Source of the DNA: Octopus sinensis
Lineage: Eukaryota
NCBI RefSeq assembly: GCF_006345805.1
Contig: NC_043015.1
Span: 6,076,001-6,140,000, forward strand
DNA length: 64,000 nt
Direction: 5' to 3'
Shown: piece by piece, positions 43,886-57,251 of the stretch
Position numbering within the stretch: position 1 is the stretch's first letter
Layout: every line of letters begins with the position of its first letter
Notes under the pieces: generated by a model
Told to the model about the DNA's origin: nothing
Databases searched by the model: none
What the model saw: the letters and a program-made list of their open reading frames with translations, nothing else
Translations under genes and position numbers: made by a program

Positions 43886-44268
43886 GCAATGTGTGGAGAC
43901 GCACTGGCCCAGTGGTTAGGGCAGCGAAGTGCCGGTCGTGCGGTTTCGATTCCCAGACCGAGTGTTGTGAGTGCTTATTGAGCGAAAACACTTAAATCTC
44001 CACGAAGCTCCGGCAGGGGTTGTGGCGAATCCTACTGTATTCTTTCACCACAGCTTTCTCTCACTCTTTCTTCCTGTTTCCGCTGTACCTGTATTTCAAA
44101 GGGCCAGCCTTCTCACAAAGTGTGTCACGCTGAATCTCCTCGAGAACTACTTTAAGGGTACAAGTGTCTGTGGAGTGCTCAGCCACTTGCACGTTAATTT
44201 CATGAGCAGGCTTTTCCGTTGATCGGATCAACCGGAACCCTCGTCGTCGTAACCGACGGAATGCCACG
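43886..44268 (+). mobile_element. Family-C SINE with 12-bp TSD
   Basis: TSD ataaatttcagc at 43874-43885 and 44269-44280; same family as 34137-34506. Confidence 0.92.
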
Positions 44269-44608
44269 ATAAATTTCAGCACTCATTCTAAGGAGAATGG
44301 ACATAGTAATATAGACACGAATATAATATATATCTATCTATCTATCTGTCAGTTTGTCTGTCTGTCACAATGTTTCTCTACCTATATGTGTATACACACG
44401 GGCACACACAAATGCAAGCACACATACATACACTTATATAGGCGATTTATAATATGTTTGAATGGAGAAGCTTGCTTTCCAGGCACGAGTGGCCATCTTT
44501 CTTATGTATTCAAGTTAAGCGATATCAAGTGTGATGTATTCATAGCTAGAAACTTATTGAAGCTCCTGAGTAGAATATCCTTACAATTGAAATGAATTCC
44601 TTTCTCAC

Positions 44609-44668
44609 CCTGGCACTGCCTGACAATTCTCCATTATCCGTATATGTGGAGCGCTTAGCTGCATACAC
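44609..44668 (-). CDS. Candidate 60-nt exon (VYAAKRSTYTDNGELSGSAR)
   Basis: ag acceptor and AGG|gtgaga donor; phase 0-0, compatible with 42204-42123. Confidence 0.25.
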
Positions 44669-44787
44669 CTTAATTTAGAAAGTAGGTAGTTTAAGATATA
44701 GAATAACTGTACCCTCGTCGTCGAATGGCGAAGATCCACTATAGCACTATCACTAAACAACCTACCTACCTACTTGCCTATATGCCT

Positions 44788-44837
<50 letters not shown>

Positions 44838-45581
44838 ATACACACACATATGTGTATGTATGCCCTTATTTTTAGTTGTATTTAAAATTTTACCTTAGGA
44901 CTCCTTTTATATGCTGTTTTCTGATATAATTCTAAATAATTTTATCCTTTTATATTAAAGATATATATACATATGTGTGTGTGTGCATGCATGTGTGTGT
45001 GTGTGTGTGTGTAGGAATTTTCAATCTATAGGAAACATCCAGATGTCACATAAGCATCGTAGGAATTAGTGATCTCACTTCCTTTAATTCCAAGAGGAAG
45101 CGAGATGTGTTTTAGAGAACATAAGAATAATGGACAATGGAAATAAAAGCTCAAGATGCTATTTAAATCATTTATATCACCATATTCATCAACATATGAT
45201 TCTATAAATTCAAAAAAAATCTGAGAGGATGAATGATGTGGAACAATGCATCCATCCTATCAGGCAGGACATAAACAACAGTGTGCATCAACAAGTCATT
45301 TCAACATATGTAAGAAACTGCAATATATTACACACACACACACAACTTATATATATATATATATAATATTCGCCATGATAGATCGGTAGCCACTCTACAC
45401 ATATTTTTTCTCTCCCCATGTGTCTCTCCTTTTTTCTTTCCTTGTTTCTGCGTTCCTTTGTGTGGAAAAGCGTAGGCTCGAAACGTAAAATACTTTTTCA
45501 ACTCCTGAGCGTTATACTAATACATATATTTGTTTTCTAAACCCCCTGTCTTCGTCTTTTGTTTTTTTGCGTGAATTATCC

Positions 45582-45628
<47 letters not shown>

Positions 45629-45899
45629 ATCTTACATATGTATATATATAAATACACACCTGCTCACATATACACATATGCATGTATATACATATTCGTA
45701 CATACATATATGGAAAGCAGAGTTGTATATGGAACCCTAGTAATTTTAAAATTGCCGTTAAGAAATTTGATATCATAGGGCGAGAGAAGAAGAGAAGGGA
45801 GAGAGAAAGAGCATCAAAGGCGAAATTCAGATAAAAGTAAATAGGGAATAAATGATAGATGGAAATATAAATGAAGGAAAGTATAGGAGGTATGGTAAG

Positions 45900-46867
45900 T
45901 AAGAATAAAGATTAAGTTTCAGATGCTATTAGGTAAGGGCTAGATATTATTTGAATAGAAATGATATTTTGCCCAAAACTATTGTAAACATTTCTTTATT
46001 GGTGTTGACCAATGTAGGTTTGGAAAAGAGGATAAATAGTTGTTCTTGCGTACAAAGAGGACAGAATGATTTCCTTTTATCATTGGGAAATGATCTTGAT
46101 AAAATATCCGAATCAAGAGAAAAGTGTGAGAATCACATATTAGTTTAATAAGATCTGTAGAGTTACGTTTATGACTGTCTATAAAATATGGAAATATGAT
46201 TCGCGATACGCCGTTTCAATTCCGTTGAAGCAAGTCCAATAAAGGTAAAGGGCCTTTGCAATTCTGAAATTTCCTTTCAGAACACGAGTTTTATTTGGAC
46301 CACAATTACAAGGACTATTACTGTTGATACTATTATTTAGGGGAGATTATCGTTATTAGTATTACTATTAGAACAGTTATTAAGTGAAACCCTTTTATCT
46401 TTAAGAATATTGTCGTAATGTGAGGTTATAATCTGCAGGAGTTTATTGGTGTTAGAAAAGCCAATTCTGATATGATGAGCGTTGAAAATTGAGTGGTATC
46501 TGGAACTTTTTGAAGAGTTCATTTTGATTGCTTGAAGAAATAGGTAGGGAAGATTAATTTTAACTTATTTTCCGTATGGAACAATCAGCCAGATATTTTT
46601 ACAAGGATTATGCGATTTTTGGAAAGATTTATGATTACAAAGACCTAAGTTTTTTTTATTTATTATTTTAAAGAAATAGACTGGCGAAGTATGGTTACTT
46701 CCCTTAGACTCTTTATTTTAAAATTTTGATATAAGGAGTTATTATTCAGATTAATGTCTACAGAAGGAACAATAAGAGTATCATTGTTGTTATTGTTGCT
46801 ATCATCATCATCATTATTATTGTTATTATTATTATTATTATTTATTAATATTTATTATTATTATTAT

Positions 46868-46902
<35 letters not shown>

Positions 46903-46927
46903 TCAGCAGCAGTGGTGGTGGTAGTAT

Positions 46928-46971
<44 letters not shown>

Positions 46972-47470
46972 ATAGTAGTAGTGGTGGTAGTAGTAGTAAA
47001 ATTACTATCATCTAGATAGTTCAAGTTAGAACCAAGATCAAGATAGCTATAATACTTATTTGTTCCTCATATCCTGCCTTAGATAAGGTTGAATTATAGA
47101 AATCAGCGTTATTATTGAAAATAATGATGCATTTTACGTTGGGTAAAGGTTTATGGTATGGGGAATATAAGGCTGCATTTAAGCTACGTCAAGGAAATTA
47201 ACCCTTGTTCTACCATCAACGAAGATAATATTAAGGCCCATATTACTAAAGAATTTGACAAGATAATTATTAACTTTTTTTGATTAGAGATATTATGGAG
47301 GTAAAAGAGACAGTTGTGATAAAAAAACCACCGATGATATACGGGAATTGGTCAGCCATTTTTGATAGAATATAAATACCGACTAGAATATAAATATCCG
47401 AACCAAGAGAAAAGTGTTTGAGAAACACAAATTAGGTTAATAAGACCTGTAGCGTTACGTTTATTTCAGT
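45900..47470 (-). mobile_element. Penelope-like element: RT C-terminus, linker and GIY-YIG, with an upstream duplicated EN fragment
   Basis: LVGIYILSKMADQFPYIIGG; FFSNMGLNIIF..RVNFLDV; IWLIVPYGK; SRYHSIFNAHHIRIGFSNT; PCNCGP; FIGLASTELKRRIANH; KRNSTDL. A trinucleotide tract at about 46781-47020 lies inside. Confidence 0.85.
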
Positions 47471-47579
47471 TGAGTCTCATCACCCCATAGATATATCAAT
47501 GCTTTCGGATTGATCTTTACGATGCCCAAAATTTGTTATCAAATTTGATAACAGATTTTCTAGCTGTTAAATCAACATT

Positions 47580-47720
47580 GATGCTTAGCTACGTTCTGAG
47601 ATCAAATTGCACCGGGGTCGATAAATTAAATACCTCTGAAATTCTGGGGTCGATGTAATCGACTAGTCCCCTCCCCACAAACATCAGGCATTGTGCCTAT
47701 AATAGAAACTATTATTTCTA
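47580..47720 (+). mobile_element. Truncated family-B SINE
   Basis: ggggtcgataaattaaatacc...ctggggtcgatgtaatcgactagtcccctcccc. Confidence 0.7.
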
Positions 47721-49012
47721 CTGCTTGCAATACTGGTGTAGACATCTGTGGCCTGTTTACAATCTAACATGTATGAAAATATTGTCTTTATGAATCCAGT
47801 ATAATATACATTGAAGTTTCTCTTCGTACTTGCACTGCCAAATTTGACATACTAACATATATATTCTTCTCCCAATTTTCTATATATTTTGATTTATTTT
47901 AGCAAAGCATTTTTAGGACCGATTATTTCTCTGCATTCACAACGGGGAGAGAGTGAAGGGAACGTCTGCACACCCCGGCAGATTAAATATCATTCTATAT
48001 ATTTGTTATATTTGTTCGAAAACGCGGACATATTGCCTTAATTACTCATTGATGTGTGCCCTTAAATTCATCCACGCCTCGTCTATGCAGATGCCCAATG
48101 TGTAGAGCAGTATAATTGGACCTGACCCTCGTAATTGTATAGTTTTAAATCACTCATCCTGTATAGTCATCTGTCTCCAGAATGTGACTGTCTATAAAAC
48201 ATTAATCTTTTGTAGATTTATGTGTCACATGCTGAATATTTCTTGAATAGCTAGGTCTTATTTCAATTGATGTTTTACATAAATGAGATATAAAGTACCT
48301 GCAGATATATGTATTTGCAGTTCGTTTTTAAATACTTTTCCAAGCAGAGAGTAATTTGGATAATTGTTTTAAAATATCTACCTTTAAAGGAAATACAAAG
48401 TATTTTATATCTCCCAGGGAGATTAACGGTGCATTAATCAAAAAGGTTTTATGTTATTGAATCGATCTCAGTTATAGAGATTTCGCACCTATGTAATTAA
48501 AACATTCATGCACAGGCTTCCTCATATCTATAACAAAATAAATATGCTTTAAGTATTAATGATTTAATATCAAATAAAGCAAGACTAGTAATTACCGAAA
48601 ACCCGAAGAAGTGTGACTAAAATATATAGAGAATATAATATTTAGATAAATAATAAAAAGATATTTGTTATACGCGTTCCCTTGTGTCTATATTGCATGC
48701 GATTTACCATTCTCTAACAGAGAAATATACCGTTAATTATCTAGGCTAGGCATTAATGTTGGCACTGCATTGTTAAGCATGAATAATAGAGAAAGGACAA
48801 TTTCGTACGCAGCTTGCTTCAGTGTTTCTTAAGCGGAAAGTTCTGCATTGGCACTGTTAACTTTTCTAGTTACAGATTTATAACTCGAAAGTTATAAAAA
48901 GAAAAAAAGCTACCCACAAAAGCAACAGTGTGACATGTTAAATGGAAAAAAATATATATATAGAACTTCGATAGAGAGTTTTATACAAATGTACATAAGT
49001 ATATGTTTGTAG

Positions 49013-49151
<139 letters not shown>

Positions 49152-49163
49152 TATATATATACA

Positions 49164-49194
<31 letters not shown>

Positions 49195-50821
49195 TGCTTA
49201 GCAGTTTAAAGATTCCACTAACATCTGTTTACAAGACACGTCAAGAGACATAATGTGGGGAAAAAATAAATGGAGGGAATCTAGGAAAAATAAAATAAAT
49301 AAAAGATTGATGTGGAAAAGTAAAGTAAAACAAGAATAAGTATCAGAAGAAAAATAACTGGAAGAAGTAGGAGACGAAACGTGAAAGCCTGTGGATTATT
49401 CTTTAGAAAACGTGACAGCTGGGTAAAAATAGGAAGAAATCAGCATGTACTTTCTCACTCATCACCGTCTTATATATGCAACGTTAAACACGTAGTGAAT
49501 AGGAAAAAAAGTATCGTAATAACAAACGAATTTTTCAAGAATAGGAGGGAGGTGAGCTTGGTGAATGTGAAAGAAAATTGGCAGATAAGTAATTTGTAAA
49601 GGAAGTGTATGGAATATAAATGATTGAAAATCTTTAGCAAAAAAATTTCAGAAGAAAAAAATACATTATATTCATCATAAGAGAAATGACATTAACAACA
49701 GAAAATAAATATCGGCAATATTGAAGATAATTTTGAGGTGATAGTTGAGACGCTAGGAATTCCCTGACCGAAGAAGCACACATCAAAATCGTTCCATTGA
49801 AAGAGCTGTTCAAGTTATACTTATGCATATATGTATGTATGCATGTATGTAAGCATTTATGTATGCATGTATGTATGTATGTATTTATGTATGTATTTAT
49901 ATATACGCGAGTATATATACATGTAGAGGCATAATAAGGAAGGAGGGATAAAATATCCAGGCGAATATGTATATGTGTGTGTGTGTTTGTGTGTGTCTAC
50001 TCACACCTTACTCGCCGAAACGAACTTAAGACAAGTTACACAAAATCATATGGTAGCGTATAAAATTTAATTTGGTTGGCTTGGAACGAATACTGACAAC
50101 TACTGACAGTTCCTTTGCGCAAAAAAGCATGAAATTATTCAGGCATCTATGATGCAAAAATTTCAAAACACACACAATCTTACTCCATATATACATGCAC
50201 ACACTCACGTACACAAGCATATACACAAATGCGTACATTTAGAATTGCAAAGGAGAAAAGGAGAACGAAATAAATTTGCCAGTGTCTGTTTAACCGTTTA
50301 AAACTACAGACACACTTCGGTGCCACCAACATTTTTTCGTCATTATGGTTATTCTTTTCGTACATGTGTGTGTATGATATGTGGGGAGATGTGTGTGTGC
50401 TATTATACTGCGCGCGCACGTCTGTGTGCGTGCGTTAGAATTGGAACTTGCGACATTCTGTTAGCCAGTCTGTATTACTCATTCTGGAAAGTAGAACGTT
50501 TTGTCTTAATGTTTGAAACCGACTGTGAGCCTGCCATACTTTATCAGCAAGTCCCGTGTAAGGAATATTTAGGGGAAAAAGAATGTGAATACTAGGAATT
50601 AAGGATCCAACAAAACTGGAACTATAATCTGATTTATTAAATAATGATGCTTGATTTTCAACTTTTTAATTTGTTGTATCGCTATATACGTGAAGTCGAT
50701 CACCACCACATTTAAAACTGCACACACACTGCCACAGACACAGATACACGCAGATACACACACATGCACACACATGCATGCAAGCACGCACAGACCAACA
50801 CAAATATATATATCTAGATAC

Positions 50822-50876
<55 letters not shown>

Positions 50877-50885
<9 letters not shown>

Positions 50886-51295
50886 ATTGGTGAATTGAAG
50901 AAATGGAGCTGAACGCAGATTGAACAGAAATCGTTTTATTTCATTCTACACGTGTTTCGAAAGGCACAAATTACCAAAATCCGATTGAATAATGGGACCA
51001 TATTGTGTCTTTCTCGATCAAATCGACCCCGGGACTTATTCTTTGTAAGCCCAGTACTTATTATATCAGACTCTTTTGCCGAACCGCTCAGTGACAGGGA
51101 CGTAAACACACCAGCATCGGTTGTCAAGCAATGCTAGGGGGACAAGTACAGACACACAGAAAGACACAATATGGTCCCATTATTCAATCGGATTTTGGTA
51201 ATTTGTGCCTTTCGAAACACGTGTAGAATGAAATAAAACGATTTCTGTTCAATCTGCGTTCAGCTCCATTTCTTCAATTCACCAATAATGTTTTA
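50877..51295. repeat. Perfect 138-bp inverted repeat enclosing a 143-bp SINE-segment copy
   Basis: 50877-51014 is the reverse complement of 51158-51295; spacer 51015-51157 is identical to 51534-51676. Confidence 0.97.
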
Positions 51296-51466
51296 ATTTC
51301 AATTATCCGCACCAACGCACGGTTGCAACGCCAGATGGTTGTACCTCCAACCGTGCTGTTTACTGCTGTGATTTTTGCTACTAAGGTATCGGTTAAACTT
51401 TTGATTAATCTACTACAAGATTATTCATCTTTCTATTTCACATTATATATATATATATTATATATG

Positions 51467-51678
51467 CACTCTCTTAATTCTTTTACTTGCTTCAGTCATT
51501 TGAATGAGGCCATGCTGGAGCATCGCTTTTAGTCGATCAAATCGACCCCGGGACTTATTCTTTGTAAGCCCAGTACTTATTATATCAGACTCTTTTGCCG
51601 AACCGCTCAGTGACAGGGACGTAAACACACCAGCATCGGTTGTCAAGCAATGCTAGGGGGACAAGTACAGACACACAG

Positions 51679-51755
<77 letters not shown>

Positions 51756-51912
51756 CGACAGACTTTTCTCAGTTTCCGTCTACCAAATCAACTCACAATG
51801 CTTTGGTAGGCCCGGTGCTACAGCAGAAGACACTTGCCCAAGATGCCATGCAGTGGGACTGAACCCGGAACCATGTGGTTCGTTAGCAAGCTACTTACCA
51901 CACAGCCACTCC
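51467..51912 (-). mobile_element. Family-A SINE (template of the 51015-51157 insert)
   Basis: Complete body with internal (CA)n(TA)n. Confidence 0.95.
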
Positions 51913-52598
51913 TATATATAGGCACAGACACACATGAACGTATGTTACATCTACATGGATTCATGCCTAAGGAGTGTAAATACGAACGGAGATTTTAATA
52001 TAAAACTTTCAGTTTATGAGAAGCAGCTAAAAACATACTAAATGTACGTATATAAATGTTTTACGTACCGCAAGCCAATTATACGTCTTCGATTATAAAA
52101 TTGCATCCGCTGGTTAAAATACCAAATTTCGTTCTACATATGTTTGTGTGACGCACAATTGTGTATTACGCATGTTTATAATCTTATCATTTATATATAT
52201 GTGCACGATTTTGTGTCCTATTCATTTCGATCCAATAAGGCGGTAATACTTTTTAGGTTAATTTATCAAAATTTGCCTAATTTTAAGATCATATTATTCT
52301 TATCTCCTCGTTTCATTTTGCACTCACATTCAATGATATTTTTCACCAAATTTTACGCAAATAAATTTATGTTCGTTTGTAATTGAAATTTTTAATACAA
52401 TTTTCCCTCAGGCTCTATGTTTAGATCAATATGAATCTCTTATTCTCTCTTACTATACATGCATATGCATACATACACACATACACACAGGAACACACAT
52501 ACATAAACACATACACCTGCACACATATGGATGCATATATAAATATATATAAATATATATTTATATATATATTAGCATATAAAGACACACACACACAT

Positions 52599-52631
<33 letters not shown>

Positions 52632-52641
52632 ACACTCTCTC

Positions 52642-52680
<39 letters not shown>

Positions 52681-53744
52681 AACAATCAAACAAGCACACA
52701 TACACATATATTATTTCTGCATTAAGCAATGCTTGAAATATCTTCAATTTTCTGTTCACGTATAAAAGTTTCCTTAATAATCATTTGGTTATTTTAAAAT
52801 GATTTTGGTAAATTCAAATTATGTAATCTAAAGATGCAATTCTAAAAAAAAAGAAACATTCATTGGCTTCGTAGTGTTATTTAAATAAATACATATATAT
52901 GTTTATCTATATAATTTATAATGATCCTATGTATGCTTATCCTGAATGTCATATTTACAAGCCTATTTCAAAATTTCATCATTTCAGACCCACAGTTAAA
53001 TATATATTTGAAGCTATGCATAAATATATGTAATGACTGTATGCTCGAGACAACACTCTGAAATATCAGATATACATTTGACTTTTTATTATATCTACTC
53101 CATATATAATCTAGAAAAGTACAAATAAACACAACAGCATCCGTCGTTTTCCACAATATATGGTAATAAAAGGATTGATTTTGGTTGAATTGTTATGAAA
53201 TATCTTTGTCAACAACGACGTTCTTAAAGAATTTCGCGGGTAGGTAACAGATAATTTAATATTATTAAGCTCGAAAGAAATAATACAAAATGTTTGTTAT
53301 TTGTCAGGGATCATTTAAATTGATATTCGTTTATAATTCGACAATTGAGATTTTCTCCACTAAATTGATTCTCTATTTTCGTTATATATATATTTACTTT
53401 TATACTGCTATAGAAAGGATGCCCACAGAAAAACAACAACGCTATGATTTAAAATAATGTTAGTGAAAGTCTTATATCAAGAGTTATTTTGAAGCAAACA
53501 ACTGAAAGTTGTTATTTAATGGATATTTTGTTAAATTGCTGGAAATGTTTGAAAATTACATTTATTTTAGTCGTGAATTGCATTGTAGTTACAAAGGATT
53601 AAATAGATTCAACGAAAAAAATGTTAGTTGGTATAAAATGGCCGCGAGCTATTTATGAAAATCTTACGCATGGCTTTGAGTGAGAAGTGTGCTTCTAATA
53701 GTAGCAAATTTAGAAGTGAAACATAATAACCATTAGGATGTAGA

Positions 53745-53881
53745 ATGAATTGGAAAAACAGAAAATGCTTCATGGCCTTTGCTGTAGTAATTGTTTTGCT
53801 TAAACCTAGGTCAAGTTCCATCGAGCAAATAGAGTGTCAAACGCATTCTAGTTATGATTATTTGAGCCATGATTATTTAAG
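53745..53881 (+). CDS. Candidate first coding exon with signal-peptide-like N-terminus (MNWKNRKCFMAFAVVIVLLKPRSSSIEQIECQTHSSYDYLSHDYL)
   Basis: ATG, basic N-region, hydrophobic core, small residues, then a strong AAG|gtatga donor at phase 2. Confidence 0.35.
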
Positions 53882-54249
53882 GTATGAATTTTAAAGCTAT
53901 ACTTCAACTATTGTCTGTTTATATTATTGTCATTTTCTCATGGATACATGATTTGTCTAAAATTCTGCATCAGATTGATTAAATACAGACACACCTAATG
54001 GTACTGATTATGTGGTTTCCTTGTTTGGTTTGTTTGTTCGTTGTTGCTTACAATTAAGCCTGTATAAAGCAGAACTTTGATAAGAGTTATTTGAAACGCG
54101 GCTACTTTCTAGAAAATAAAGGGGCACAATTCTACGATGGAATGCTCAAATATGTCTAGGTGTTCCACCAAAATTTAAAAGATATAAAAATTGAAGTATA
54201 CCTGGCTCGTTTCCATTACGTCTTCACAAATGAGATTGGTATCATTTGA

Positions 54250-54540
54250 TTGGCATCGTTCAACGGAAGCGCCTGATCGTAATATTTACTAGCAAATGGC
54301 TGACCAATCCACGAACATACTAATCCTTAATGTAGTTCTCAGAGAAATTCATCTTGAAAAAAGATGTAACAATGCTTGCCCTTTTCAATTAGACGCACAA
54401 CTAATTATTACTATGTGAGTGGACTGGAGCAGCATAAAATTAAGACTCTTGCTCAAGGACACAATTCAACGCCTGGAATCGAACAAACAACTTCATCATC
54501 GTCAGCCGAATATCTCCAACTATTAAGACACATGCCTCAT
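54250..54540 (-). mobile_element. Old tRNA-derived SINE
   Basis: Plus strand cttgctcaaggacacaa...cctggaatcgaac...ctccaactattaagacac is a degenerate reverse-strand SINE head. Confidence 0.55.
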
Positions 54541-54675
54541 ACATACACACACAAACGCACGTTCGTAGCTAGCTAGCTAGATGATACATACACATATATA
54601 GATATAAACATATAAATTTGGATTTATTCCCTAATATTTATTATTATATATGTATGTATGTATTGTGTATGTATG

Positions 54676-54768
<93 letters not shown>

Positions 54769-54778
54769 AAGATATATA

Positions 54779-54816
<38 letters not shown>

Positions 54817-55029
54817 GTATATGTATCCATTTGTACAAACAGACATGTATATACACACACAAACTCTAACACACAGGCACATACACATGTATTAGTGGAT
54901 AGATCCTTATGCTAAAAGCTAACTCCATTTCAAGCTTGGATACTAAATAATACAACAAAATATTTCTCTTTAAATCCGAAAGTAGAGTGAGCCGTGGATG
55001 AAGTAATATATTGATATATTGTCGAGTTA

Positions 55030-55330
55030 TACTAATGAGATCCTGGTTTATGAACTATCACAGGGAATATTCAATGAATAGCATATCGGAGAGAAATTGT
55101 GATGTGACAAAAGAAATACTGCCAAAAGCAAAACGGAATAAAATAAATATAAAAAATATAAAAATCAGATGTTGATAACGGAATGGAATAATCAGATTTC
55201 TCAGAAAAGCCTTCAAGTATATTTCTACAATCATATTCCAAAGCCTTTGATTTCAAAGATAGATTGATATTTATGGACATTGGAACAGTTTGAAGACAGG
55301 CAGGCGCTAAACAAGTAGAAATGCTTCATT
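55030..55330 (+). mobile_element. Possible RTE RT scrap
   Basis: NYHR... followed by IFLQSYSKAFDFKDR (cf. F.DFSKAFDSI.R). Confidence 0.3.
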
Positions 55331-55412
55331 ATATACAGCACACACAAAATAGTTAATATATATTCAGATATTATTTCTCGATATGTAGATTATGTATGTA
55401 TGTATGTCTGTA

Positions 55413-55813
55413 TATCTCTTTCTCTTTTCTGTTTTACTTGTTTCAGTCATTTGACTGCAGCCATGCTGGAGCACAGCCTTTAGTCGAGCAAATCGAACCC
55501 CAGGACTTATTTTTTGGGAAGCCTAGTACTTATTTTATAGGTCTTTTTTGCCGAACCACTGAGTTATGGGATGCAAACACACCACAATCGGTTGTCAAGC
55601 GCTGTTGGGGTGGGGCAAACACAGACACACAAACATACACACACGTACACATATATATACATATATACGACGGGCTTCTTTCAGTTTCCGTTTATCAAAT
55701 CCACTCACAAGGCCTTGGTCGGCCCGAGGTTATAGTAGAAGACTCTTGCCCAAGGTGCCACGCAGTGGGAATGGACCCGGAACCATGTGGTTGGTATGCA
55801 ACTACTTCTGCGC
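55413..55813 (-). mobile_element. Family-A SINE
   Basis: Head to tail present, short internal microsatellite. Confidence 0.9.
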
Positions 55814-55924
55814 CTATATATATATATATATATAATATATATATATATTATATATATATACATATATATGAATTTATATATGGCTGGATGGATGCATGTA
55901 TGCAAATATGTGTGTATATGCATA

Positions 55925-56290
55925 TGAATGGTTGTGTGGTAAGAAGTTTGCTTCCTAACCACATGGTTCTCGGTTCAGTTCCTCTGCGTAGCACCATTGG
56001 TACGTGTCTTCCATTTAATCCCTTGAGCGAACATAGCCTTCTGTATGGATTTGGTTTACAGAAATTAGAAGCCCATCATATATATACACATACAGATGTG
56101 TATGTGTGCGCGTGTGCGTGTGTGCGTGCGTGTTTATCTGTTTATGTATTGGGTCGGTTACGTCCCAATACATAAACATAAAAGCCTGAGAGAAAATATA
56201 CCAGACTTAAAAACTTAGCACTATAGAAGATTTATTCAAGTAAACTCTTCAAAACAGTGCCCCAGCATGGTCACTATGAAATGAATGAAT
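55925..56290 (+). mobile_element. Older diverged family-A-related SINE, head-to-head with 55413-55813
   Basis: ggttgtgtggtaagaagtttgcttcctaaccacatggttctcggttcagttcc head; cagtgccccagcatggtc tail motif. Confidence 0.7.
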
Positions 56291-56563
56291 GTTATAGAAT
56301 ATACCAAATACATACATGCATACATGCATACATACGTATATTCAAACATTCATGCAAGCGTACGTACATACATGTCTACTATATATATGTATGTATGCAT
56401 GTATGTATGTATGTATGTATCTATCTATCAGTCTGTCTGTCCTTCTATCTATCTTTCTATCTATCTAGCTGTCTGTCTGCCTGTCTGTGTGTCTGTCTAT
56501 CCATCTTTCTATCTAACTACCTATCTATGTGTCAGTCCGTCTGTCTGTCTACCTACCTGTCTG

Positions 56564-56617
<54 letters not shown>

Positions 56618-57188
56618 AATCAATTTATCTATCTATACACACACACATACATACGTACATATATGCAAACATACATACAGCCATCCAACCATATGTACGT
56701 ACATAAATGCATACATACATATAGATATCTGTGTAAGTACATGTGTGAGTATATATATATATATATATGTGTATATACAGGGAGTCGGTAATCAGATTTT
56801 CTGAAACAAGCGTATGGTAAGCAAAATTTGATTCTCTCGAAATATTATTGTCAAAATCAATTCTCAGTTGTCTTTGTAAAATGCAGTGCCATAGTTTGAA
56901 ATACGTTTGATAGAAAGGAAAGAAGGCAGACAGAAATTCTTCTGTCCAAGGAGGAAATTTAAAATATTGCTCTTTTATAAGATGATTAATACGGTGGGGG
57001 GTGGAGTTGATGGAGAATGGAAGGTAATAATTTTATCAATCATGTTTGAAGCACGGTTAACATCAATGAAGCTGACATCACTAGATTTTATATAAACAGC
57101 ACTAAGAAGAGCTAGATCTGATCAATTGTGGTATACATACAGAGCGATCGTGAGCTTGTCTTCTTTTTGTAATATTTTGCTATAATAG

Positions 57189-57251
57189 CGCCGACGAATT
57201 TCTGGAAATAGCTTCAAATCAAACGTCTTCCTCTAATTTTAAGAAAGAAAT
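57189..57251 (+). CDS. Candidate 63-nt exon (ADEFLEIASNQTSSSNFKKE)
   Basis: Long pyrimidine tract plus ag, AT|gtatgt donor; only phase 2 is open, matching the exon ending at 53881. Confidence 0.35.

Noticed and set aside
46040-46522. I-clade LINE reading from the RIG(H/F) and CPLC motifs
   Set aside because: Flanking motifs (PCNC, FIGLASTELKRRIANH, FFSNMGLN..VNFLDV) fit a Penelope element better.
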